NCBI GenBank assembly: GCA_011390635.1
Contig: JAABSA010000001.1
Coordinates: forward strand, 80,623-144,622
DNA from: Desulfotignum sp.
GTDB taxonomy: Bacteria; Desulfobacterota; Desulfobacteria; Desulfobacterales; Desulfobacteraceae
Reading direction: 5' to 3'
Length of the DNA stretch: 64,000 nucleotides
The position numbers and the translations under genes are program-made. The first letter of the stretch is position 1. Each line of letters starts with the position of its first letter. Below are positions 43,944 through 52,892 of the stretch, one piece after another. A model generated the notes under the pieces. That model was not told the origin of the DNA. It did not search any database and was given only the letters and a program-made list of their open reading frames with translations.

Positions 43944-46900
43944 CTAACTTACTTCATCCAAAGCAAAGATCTGTGAAAGAATCTGGTTGGTATCAAATCC
44001 CCGCAGATGGATGGCACCGGATCTACAGGATGCCACACACAGGCCGCAGCCCTTGCACAGAACCGCATTGACACCAGCCTTGCCTTCAAATCTGCCTTCG
44101 GTTACAAATGACGGGGCATTATAGGGGCAGATGGACACGCACACACCGCAGGCGGTACATTTTTGTACATCCACACTGGCAATGGTGCCCGAGGTGAACA
44201 GATTGTCTTTTTTGGCCAGCAGAGTCAATGCCCTGGACGCGGCAGCCCGGCCCTGGGTAATGGCCTCGTTCACCGGTTTGGGATAGTGGGCGGATCCCGC
44301 TACAAACACACCGTCTGTGGCAAATTCCGCCGGACCCAGCTTGGCATGTTTTTCCACAAAAAACCCTTCATCATTCAAGGGAACTTTGAAGAAATTGGCC
44401 AGCCGTTCATCCTTTCTGGGCACAAGGGCCGCCGCAAGGGTGAGCAGATCCGCATGGATGGTCACCGGCTGATTCAATACATGGTCAACAAGGGTGATCT
44501 TAAGGCAGTCTTCTTCCACCTTTACTTCAGGCTTGTTTTCCACATCATACCGTATAAAGATCACCCCTTTTTCTCTGGCTTCTTTGTAGAGCAGTTCTCT
44601 TTCCCCGTATGTTCTGATATCCCTGTACAGAATAAACACATCCATCCGGGGATTTTTATTTTTTAACGCAATGGCATTGTCCACGGAATGGGTACAGCAG
44701 ACCCGGGAACAATAAGGCCGTTCCGGCTCACGGGAGCCGACACACTGAATGAACACTGCAGACGCAATCGTATCCAGTTTTGGATCATTTTCCTTGAACA
44801 TCTTATCAAGATCCAGGGTCCTGATGATTCTGTCATCTTTGCCAAAGCTGTATTCAGTGGGTTCAAATGCCTTGGCACCGGTGGCCAGTACCGCAACTCC
44901 GTGTTCCAGTGCCGTGGTTTTTCCATCGGTTTTCAGCTGGGAGATGAAATTGCCCACAAATCCTTCCACCCCTTCCAGGGTGGTGTTTGTATGGACAACT
45001 ATCTTGTCATTGGATGTAATATCCGCAATCAAAGCACCCAGTTCTTGTTGCACATCTTCGCCCTGGGCTGTTTTCCATAATTTTAAGGCTTCTCCGCCCA
45101 AACAGTCCTTTTTTTCAATGATATGGGTTTCATATCCCTGGGATGCAAGACTTTTTGCCGCAGTCATGCCGGCCAGGCCACCGCCCACCACCATTACCGA
45201 TGCATTGACATTGATCTTTTCCTCTTTCAAAGGCTGGGCCAGTGCTGCTTTGGCAACCGCCATTCTCACCAGATCTTTGGCTTTAACAGTGGCAATGTCG
45301 GGATTGTTTTTGTGGACCCAGGAGTTGTGGTTCCGGATGTTGGTCATCTCAAACAGATATTTGTTCAATCCGGCGTTTTTCAAGGTTTCCTGGAACAGCG
45401 GTTCATGGGTCTTCGGGGTGCAGGCGGCCACCACTATGCGGTTAAGGCCTTTTTCTTTGATGATTTCCACCATCTTGTCCTGGGCATCCTGGCTGCATGC
45501 GTAGGTGGTTTCTTCGGCCACCGTCACATAGGGCAGGGTGGCGGCATATTCGGTGACATCGGGACAATCCACCACACCGGAAATATTGGAGCCGCAGTCA
45601 CAGATAAACACCCCGATATTGGGCCGGTCCCCCACCACATTGGTTTCCGCTACCACCTGCATTTCCTTTGTCAGGGTGTTGCGTACTTCAGCCAGATAAT
45701 CTCCGGCAGCAGAAGCGGCTGCAGATGCATCCAGAACCGATTCAGGAATGTCTTTGGGATTGTTGAATACCCCGGACACATAGATGCCGTCCCGTGAAGT
45801 GGTCACCGGTTCAAAAGAGTGTGTCTTTGCAAATCCGCTGGAGGTGATGTCGATGTCAAGCTTTTTGGCCAGGTCCCGGGTTTCGTTAGAAATTTCAAGG
45901 CCCACGGACAATACGATCATGTCATAGGTATCGGTGATGATCTGGCCGAGTTCATCCACATACCGAAGCGTCAAATCTCCGGTTTCCGGATCTTCTGTGA
46001 CGGAATGCACTTTTGACCGGATGAAATTGATGCCGTGCTTGTGTTTGGCATTCTGGTAGTATTTTTCAAATTCCTTGCCCGGGGTGCGCATGTCCATAAA
46101 AAAGATGGAACATTCCAGGTCATTGCCGGCATGTTCCTTGGCGATAATAGCTTCTTTAACTGCATACATGCAGCACACCGATGAACAATAGGGATTGTCG
46201 CATTTGTTGATGTCCCTGGATCCCACACACTGGAACCAGGCAATTTTTTTGGGATCTTTGCGCTTTTGTGCCAGCAGCTTGTCTTTTTTCTTTTTGGGGC
46301 TGGCAGGCAGTTTGGGAAAGGTGGTCACATGCCCCATGGTGGGACCGGTGGCGGACAGAATCCGTTCAAACTCCATGGAGGTAACCACATTGGGAAAATT
46401 GGCATACTGGTAATTATCAAACCTGGATGGGTCAAAGGGTTTGAAACCGGGAGCCAGGATAATGGAACCGGCAGCAATGGTCAGCATTTCCTCTGTCATG
46501 GTGTAGTCGATGGCATCCGCGGGACAGACGGTTTCACAGGTGCCGCATTTATCCTTGGTCAGTTTCAGACAGACATCCGGATTAATGGCATATTTCAAGG
46601 GCACGGCCTGGGGATATTCCACGTAAATGGCGGTTCGTGCTTTAAGATCCGCATTATAGGTGTCATCGAATTTGCCTGGACATTTTTCGGTACAGGCCCC
46701 GCAGGCAATACAGCGGTCTTCTCTGACGTATCGGGGTTTTTTCAATATTTCAACGGTAAAATTGCCTTTTTCACCGGTGATATTTTTAACTTCAGAAAGG
46801 GTTAAAAGTTCTATGTTTAAATGCCGGCCGACCTCGACCAGTGTGGGTGAGATAATTCACATGGCACAGTCGTTGGTTGGAAAAGTCTTGTCCAGCTGGG

Positions 46901-47069
46901 CCATGACACCGCCGATGGACGGGCCTTTTTCAACCAGATAAACATAAAATCCGGAGTTTGCAAGATCCAGTGCCGACAGCATGCCCGAAATTCCGCCACC
47001 AATCACCACCACTGATCCGGTTTTTTTTGATTCCATTGTTTGTCTCTCCTGTTGAGTTCTAAAAATCAA
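43944..47069 (-). CDS. hdrA: HdrA-like flavoprotein with two tandem HdrA modules, 1041 codons with one in-frame UGA read as selenocysteine
   Basis: The 70-aa track ORF ([24 protein letters not shown]) and the 933-aa track ORF are in the same frame, with 37 stop-free codons between them. The UGA aligns with the Cys of the HdrA DCxxC motif. A second FAD fold ([10 protein letters not shown]) and a second VGSR..C..VCC block occur in the C-terminal half. Ferredoxin motifs: [44 protein letters not shown]. Confidence 0.82.
46824..46859 (-). other. Recoding site: UGA (46857..46859) plus candidate SECIS hairpin (46824..46841)
   Basis: mRNA CUGGUC-GAGGUC-GGCCGG (6-bp stem including two G-U pairs, 6-nt loop containing GGU) begins 16 nt after the UGA. 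Confidence 0.5.
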
Positions 47070-47246
47070 TATCAGCCAAAGTGTAAAACAGCCCGGTTTT
47101 AGAAAAATATAAAACTGCTGTTATCTTTCATATGTTACATTGTGTGTTTTTTAATTAATTGTTATTAATTAAAGGATTATGTTATAAAACCATCTGCCAA
47201 ATAATGTCAACCATTATTGACCAAAAGACAGATACGCTTTTTATTC

Positions 47247-48158
47247 ATGAAAAAAATCATCACCATCTGCGGTCCCACAGGTATCGGGAAAACAGATTTT
47301 GCCATTGCCCTGGCCAAAGATTTTTGCGGGGAGATCATTGGTGCCGATTCCATGCAGATCTATAAATATATGGATATCGGAACTGCCAAACCGGATGCCG
47401 GTGAACTGGCACAGGCCCCACATCATCTGGTGGATTTTGTCGATCCTGTCGAAAATTTTGATGCCGGCCGGTATGCACAGATGGCGGCCCGGAAAATAGA
47501 AGAGATCTGCGAAAGAAACAGGGTCCCCATTGTTGCCGGGGGTACAGGCCTGTATATCCGCTCCCTTTTATATGGCCTGTTCCGTTCACAACCTGTGTGT
47601 CAAAAAATCGTGGCACAATTGACAGCACTGTTGGAAAAAAAAGGCAGTGCCTATCTTCACCAGCAGCTGCAGACCTGTGATCCTGCAGCTGCGCAAAAAA
47701 TTCACCCCAAAGACAGTTTCCGCATCATCCGGGCCCTTGAGATTTTCAAGACAACAGGCAGCCCCATATCCCTTCGACAGCAAGAACACAATTTTTCATC
47801 ACCCCGTTACCAGAGTCTGACCATCGGACTTTTTATGGACCGCAACCTGTTGTACGACCGCATCAACCTCCGGGTGGATGCCATGATCCGTCAAGGCCTT
47901 CTGGCGGAAGTGACAGACCTGGTCGAAAAAGGATATTCCCTGGATCTTAAATCCATGCAGTCCATAGGGTACCGCCATATGGGATGGTTTCTCACAGGTA
48001 AACAACCCTTTGACCAGGCAGTTCACCTGCTCAAGCGAGATTCCAGGCGGTATGCCAAGCGCCAGTTCACCTGGTTTAAAAAAGAACCCGGTATCATCTG
48101 GCTTGAGCCATCCCAACTGGATGCAGCCAGGGCACTGGCTAAAGAATTTTTGACATAG
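47247..48158 (+). CDS. miaA: tRNA dimethylallyltransferase
   Basis: ICGPTGIGKT, GADSMQIYKYMDIGTAKP, GGTGLYIRSLL. Start trimmed to ATG 47247. Confidence 0.92.
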   Translation: MKKIITICGPTGIGKTDFAIALAKDFCGEIIGADSMQIYKYMDIGTAKPDAGELAQAPHHLVDFVDPVENFDAGRYAQMAARKIEEICERNRVPIVAGGTGLYIRSLLYGLFRSQPVCQKIVAQLTALLEKKGSAYLHQQLQTCDPAAAQKIHPKDSFRIIRALEIFKTTGSPISLRQQEHNFSSPRYQSLTIGLFMDRNLLYDRINLRVDAMIRQGLLAEVTDLVEKGYSLDLKSMQSIGYRHMGWFLTGKQPFDQAVHLLKRDSRRYAKRQFTWFKKEPGIIWLEPSQLDAARALAKEFLT

Positions 48159-48217
48159 GCCGTTATTTTACATATAATCCACACATGACAATAACCTTGA
48201 TGACCAGAAGAGCATAT

Positions 48218-49801
48218 ATGAAATTGCCCCATTTTTTATTGTTCCGCAGCATGGCCTGGATCATGGCTGTTTTTTTTCTGACAGCTGTCTGGGGATGTGC
48301 CCCGAAAACCGTTCAAAAACCTGTTGATGACATTGCGCCTTTGGAAACGCAAAAAGAGCAAAAAAACGCAGCTTTGGTGAAAATACTTATGGCTGAGGCA
48401 CTAAAATTGTTGGAACAGGGAAATATTAAAGAGGCTTTTTCCGCCTATAACCAGGCCGCTGCCCTGGCCCCTGAAGAACCCTTGAACGAGCAGGTTATTT
48501 CAGGCGTTGAACGGTTGCTGGCAAAAACGGACCCGTCATTGATCCAAACATTTTTACAAATGGAAAATCTGGCGGTTCCCCAACATTTGCTGCTCTACTG
48601 GCTGGGGGTGGGCCATGCCGCAGCCCGGGAATATTCCGATGCCCTGGCAGTGTTGACCCGGTTTGTGAACACCTTTCCCGACCATGTCCACACATCTGAT
48701 GCAAAAGAATTGATGGACCTTATCAAACAGACCACCTTTAAAAAAGATACTATCGGATGCCTGCTGCCGCTGTCGGGAAAATATGGCATTTACGGCCAAA
48801 AAGCATTAAAAGGGATCCAGCTGGCCATCCAGGATCTTTCAAAGACCTATGACCGAAATTTTAACATCATTGTCAAAGATACCCAGTCAGATCCCCAAAA
48901 AGCGGCAGCAAGCGTGGATGAGCTCAACCAGGCACATGTCATGGGCATCATAGGTCCGATTTTAGAGGTGGAGACAGCCGGATCACGGGCCCAGGAACTT
49001 CAGATTCCGTTGATTGCCCTGACCCAGAAAGCAGACTTCCCCCTGACCGGAGACTATCTGTTTTCCAATTTTATCACCCCGCAGATGCAGGTTGAGACCC
49101 TTGCCGCCTATGTGTTCAAAAAGCGGGGAATCAGCAAAGTGGCCGTGCTGTATCCTGATGAACGGTATGGCAGACTGCATATGCAAATGTTCCGGGATAT
49201 GGTGGATGAATACAACGGCCAGATGGTGGGTGCAGAAGCCTATGACGGCAGCAGCACCGACTTTTCCATTCCAATCCGGAAACTGATTGGTGACAAAAAA
49301 GACCCTGATTCCCCCAACAAAATCCTAATTGATTTTGAGGCCCTGTTTATTCCGGACTCGGTTTCCCGGATCAACATGATCCTTCCCCAGCTGGCGTTTA
49401 ACGATGCAAAAGGAATGATTCTGCTGGGCACCAATCTCTGGCACCAGCAAAGCCTGTTGGCCCAGACAAAAGGATACAACCGCAATACAGTGATCACAGA
49501 CGGCTATTTCGGCAACAGCCGAAAACCTGCCACAGCCCGGTTTGAAAAGGCATTCACCGAACTGTACGCAGAGCCTCCCGGTTTTTTAGAAGCAATTTCC
49601 TATGATACGGTGCAGATTTTTTTTCTGACAGCCATGGATGACGCTGTGGATTCCCGGCAACGCTTAAAGGATGCCCTGGTGGAAGGCCGTCTGTTTGAAG
49701 GGGTGACCGGTAATACGATTTTTGATCAAACCGGTGCGGCCCGTAAAGAATTGTTTTTAATTACCATAAAAAACAACCAGTTTACAGAAATAGGGTACTG
49801 A
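48218..49801 (+). CDS. Lipoprotein with TPR-like N-terminal region and type 1 periplasmic binding-protein (LivK/LpoA-like) domain
   Basis: Lipobox FLTAVWGC. The helical repeat region is followed by IGCLLPLSGKYGIYGQKALKGIQLA, typical of Peripla_BP_6/LpoA-type domains. Confidence 0.7.
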   Translation: MKLPHFLLFRSMAWIMAVFFLTAVWGCAPKTVQKPVDDIAPLETQKEQKNAALVKILMAEALKLLEQGNIKEAFSAYNQAAALAPEEPLNEQVISGVERLLAKTDPSLIQTFLQMENLAVPQHLLLYWLGVGHAAAREYSDALAVLTRFVNTFPDHVHTSDAKELMDLIKQTTFKKDTIGCLLPLSGKYGIYGQKALKGIQLAIQDLSKTYDRNFNIIVKDTQSDPQKAAASVDELNQAHVMGIIGPILEVETAGSRAQELQIPLIALTQKADFPLTGDYLFSNFITPQMQVETLAAYVFKKRGISKVAVLYPDERYGRLHMQMFRDMVDEYNGQMVGAEAYDGSSTDFSIPIRKLIGDKKDPDSPNKILIDFEALFIPDSVSRINMILPQLAFNDAKGMILLGTNLWHQQSLLAQTKGYNRNTVITDGYFGNSRKPATARFEKAFTELYAEPPGFLEAISYDTVQIFFLTAMDDAVDSRQRLKDALVEGRLFEGVTGNTIFDQTGAARKELFLITIKNNQFTEIGY

Positions 49802-49813
49802 ACCCGGTTCTTT

Positions 49814-49845
49814 TGCCCATCATAACGGGCATGCCCTGACGGGCA
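49814..49845. terminator. Two tandem short hairpins between convergent genes
   Basis: TGCCC-ATCATAAC-GGGCA immediately followed by TGCCC-TGAC-GGGCA. Stems are only 5 bp. Confidence 0.3.
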
Positions 49846-49892
49846 CAACAAAGAAAGAATTGGAGTGGGTTCTCCAGTTCTTTCCTATAAAA

Positions 49893-51221
49893 TTATTCTC
49901 TGAAATAGGCATCCTGGCCTGTGGCTTCCAGAACAGACTGCCAAAGTCTTCCGTTGGGATCCAGCCGCTTTTGCCGGCCGGCAGATGCTTCCATAGGCAC
50001 ATGGACATAATGGTTGTTCCAGAAGCTGATCAAAAGCTTGGTCTTTCCTGCCATGCCCGCATGCACCGCATCCCGCCCCAACAGCCCGCAGAATACACTG
50101 TCATTGGCATTGGCCGCCAGACTGCGGATGATATAGGCCGGATCAATATATTTTAAGGAAATGGGGATGTTTTTGTCCGCAAACCATTGGGTGATTTTGT
50201 CTTTGAGAAATAAACCGATATCCTGGAGCACGATATTGCCTGAGGCATCAAATTTTTCCTCCTTGTCTTCAAAAAAATTCTGACCAGCCCCTTCCGCCAC
50301 AATCACCACTGCATGTTTTCTGGTTTTAATCCTGTTTTCCAGGGCCTGGAGAAATCCGGTTTTGCCATACAGATCAATATCAACTTCCGGTATGAGCACA
50401 AAATTGCCATCCTGCTGGGCCAGGGCAGCCGTGGCTGCCAGAAAACCGGAATGCCGGCCCATGAGCTTGATCAGCCCGATGCCGTTGGGATAAGCTTCAG
50501 ATTCATTATGGGCGCCTTTTATGGCCAAAGTGGCAACATCCACGGCAGAGTCAAAACCGAATGACCGGGACACCAGAAAAATATCATTGTCAATGGTCTT
50601 GGGGATTCCCACCACAGATATTTTCAGGTTGCGCTTGTCTATTTCATCGGCAATTTTTTTGGAGGCCATAAGGGTGCCGTCTCCCCCCACCATAAATAAT
50701 ATGCCGACACTCATACGCTCCAGACAGTCCACCACCACCCCGATATCCTGACTGCCCCTTGAGGATCCCAAAATAGTGCCACCCATGTCCTGGATACCTG
50801 ATACAGTGGCCGGAGTCAGATCCAGAACATCATGTCCATATTCCGGAACAAAGCCCTGAAGTCCATGACGGATACCATATATTGTCTTGACATTGTATAT
50901 ATGGTAAAGCTCCAGCACAATGGCCCGGATAATGTCATTCAACCCCGGACAGAGCCCGCCGCAGGTCACAATAGCGCACTTGAGCTTGCTGGGATCAAAA
51001 TAAATATGCTCCCTGGGGCCGGCCTGTTCAAAACTGAGAAGGGTCTGGCTGGTATCAATCGCGTCCTGGACATATTCTGCCTGGACATCCACAATGATAC
51101 GCGCATCATCGGAAATAAACTGTTTCTGCCCTTTGTCTGTTTTATTTCTCCGTTTTATGGGAGAAATGATATTGGCTTTGCCGAGAACCGGGATGTTGGT
51201 GCACAGATCCTGGGGTATCAT
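49893..51221 (-). CDS. pfk: 6-phosphofructokinase (long form; GGDGT motif suggests ATP-dependent)
   Basis: CAIVTCGGLCPGLNDIIRAIV, MVGGDGTL, IPKTIDNDI, MGRHSGFLA. Confidence 0.88.
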   Translation of the reverse strand: MIPQDLCTNIPVLGKANIISPIKRRNKTDKGQKQFISDDARIIVDVQAEYVQDAIDTSQTLLSFEQAGPREHIYFDPSKLKCAIVTCGGLCPGLNDIIRAIVLELYHIYNVKTIYGIRHGLQGFVPEYGHDVLDLTPATVSGIQDMGGTILGSSRGSQDIGVVVDCLERMSVGILFMVGGDGTLMASKKIADEIDKRNLKISVVGIPKTIDNDIFLVSRSFGFDSAVDVATLAIKGAHNESEAYPNGIGLIKLMGRHSGFLAATAALAQQDGNFVLIPEVDIDLYGKTGFLQALENRIKTRKHAVVIVAEGAGQNFFEDKEEKFDASGNIVLQDIGLFLKDKITQWFADKNIPISLKYIDPAYIIRSLAANANDSVFCGLLGRDAVHAGMAGKTKLLISFWNNHYVHVPMEASAGRQKRLDPNGRLWQSVLEATGQDAYFRE

Positions 51222-52216
51222 TGACTTCCTCCATTGAATTTAAAAGATCCTTTGCCAAGGATGTCATGCAGATGTAAAAGTCCTTCCAGACGGCCGCCGG
51301 TATCCACAATGGGCAACACCGTAATCTCATATTTCTCCATAAGATTCAGGGCATCATACACATAGGCATCCACGCCCAGACTATGGGGATTTCTGGTCAT
51401 GATCTCCGCCACCGGCATGCCGGCAAAATCAGTCATGCCGCAAGCCAGGGCATGCCTGATATCACCGTCTGTAATAATACCCACCATTTGATGATTCCGG
51501 TTGAGCACCAGCACGGCACCTATACTGAACCGGTCCATGGTTTCAAGGGCTGTGGCCATGGTTTCATCCAGAAAAGTGCAGGGCGCCTGGGCTGCCTTGA
51601 ACATGATTTCTCCCACCTGACAGGAGAGCCGCTGGCCCAGAGCCCCGCCGGGATGGGATTTCATGAAGTCACTTTTTTTGAACTTCTTTTTATCAATCAA
51701 CACAATGGCCAGGGCATCTCCCATGGCCAGTTGGGCGGTGGTGCTGGAAGTCGGGGTCATATTGAACGGGCAGGCTTCTTTTTCCACCCCGGTGTCAATC
51801 ACCAGGTCACAAAATCCTGCCATGGTAGATGATGGATTTCCGGTAAATCCGGCCAGGCGGCAGCCGATATCCCGGATCACCGGGAGCAGCTGGTTTAATT
51901 CGCTTGTTTCACCGCTGTTGGAAATAGCAAGGAACACATCATGGGGGCTCACCATTCCCAGATCTCCATGCACCGCTTCCACCGGATGCAGAAACATGGC
52001 ATTGGTGCCGGTACTGCTCAAGGTAGCGGCAATTTTTCGGCCGATGAGACCCGATTTTCCAATACCTGAAATTATCACCCGCCCGGGTGAGGCACAGATA
52101 TCATGCACAAGGGTTTCAAATGCCTCATCCAGTTTGGCTGCCAGACCCAAAATGCTTTGGGCTTCAATTTTCAAAACGTCAATGGCTGTGGAAATAATCA
52201 TGGTTTTATGATTCAT
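51218..52216 (-). CDS. kdsD: KpsF/GutQ-family arabinose-5-phosphate isomerase (SIS plus two CBS domains)
   Basis: RVIISGIGKSGLIGRKIAATL..SNSGETSE, with C-terminal CBS pairs. Overlaps the pfk start by 4 nt. Confidence 0.88.
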   Translation of the reverse strand: MNHKTMIISTAIDVLKIEAQSILGLAAKLDEAFETLVHDICASPGRVIISGIGKSGLIGRKIAATLSSTGTNAMFLHPVEAVHGDLGMVSPHDVFLAISNSGETSELNQLLPVIRDIGCRLAGFTGNPSSTMAGFCDLVIDTGVEKEACPFNMTPTSSTTAQLAMGDALAIVLIDKKKFKKSDFMKSHPGGALGQRLSCQVGEIMFKAAQAPCTFLDETMATALETMDRFSIGAVLVLNRNHQMVGIITDGDIRHALACGMTDFAGMPVAEIMTRNPHSLGVDAYVYDALNLMEKYEITVLPIVDTGGRLEGLLHLHDILGKGSFKFNGGSQ

Positions 52217-52485
52217 CTGGTTGTGGTTGGTTATTTTCGGATTTCAGATAAGGGTTATACACCTTTCCCCGGGTTTTTCCCATAAAAAAATAACAGGGCT
52301 GCGCACTTGCCTCCTGAAGGCACAAGAAAAATCTATGATTGACATTATATCATATTTTGTGATATTGAGTTACGGTTTATCGTCTCAGGCAGGCGTGTGC
52401 CAGACAAAACAGCCGAAATCACCTCCACAGAAAAGGGTTTTTTGGGCTTTTATAAATTAATGAAACAGTATTTAGGAATTTTATC

Positions 52486-52758
52486 ATGATTTGTACGACT
52501 GTAAGAGAAGGGGATGACTGCGTATTTATGACAACCGCCGGCTGCAGCTATAATGAGGGCAACTGCCTGCCGGTTGTGGATGAATGTATGGGATGTCAGA
52601 GAATTTCTGAATATCCCACAGGCATGTATTGCACGGCAGCACCTGACCCGTCTTTAAAATGGAAAAACGGCAATTGCAATATTGCCACCCATATCAAGAC
52701 CGCAGCTGAAATCAAAAAACAGAAGATCAACCCCATCAAGGCATCCAAGAGAAGATAG
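52486..52758 (+). CDS. Small cysteine-rich protein (9 Cys; PxxKW-type motif PSLKW)
   Basis: MICTTVREGDDCVFMTTAGCSYNEGNCLPVVDECMGCQRISEYPTGMYCTAAPDPSLKWKNGNCN, plus a basic tail. I recall a family named PxxKW cysteine-rich protein but cannot verify membership. Confidence 0.6.
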   Translation: MICTTVREGDDCVFMTTAGCSYNEGNCLPVVDECMGCQRISEYPTGMYCTAAPDPSLKWKNGNCNIATHIKTAAEIKKQKINPIKASKRR

Positions 52759-52782
52759 TCTGTATCGTTGACCGTTTTTGTA

Positions 52783-52828
52783 AACTCTGTGGTTTTCACC
52801 TCTTGTAAAGCCGCAGAGTTTTTTATTT
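52783..52828 (+). terminator. Intrinsic terminator after the Cys-rich protein gene
   Basis: AACTCTGTGG..18 nt..CCGCAGAGTT (one G-U pair) followed by TTTTTTATTTT. Confidence 0.6.
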
Positions 52829-52892
52829 TATGAAACCGGCATGGACATGCAAACGTTTGTTTTGATCCTTGTATCGCTGAGGAAATGAACCC

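Noticed and set aside
46857-47069. 70-aa ORF as an independent small flavoprotein gene; likewise the 66-aa ORF 43714..43914.
   Set aside because: Both end at TGA exactly where the HdrA and MvhD families have a conserved Cys. The frames continue without stops into homologous sequence. They are better explained as selenocysteine read-through.
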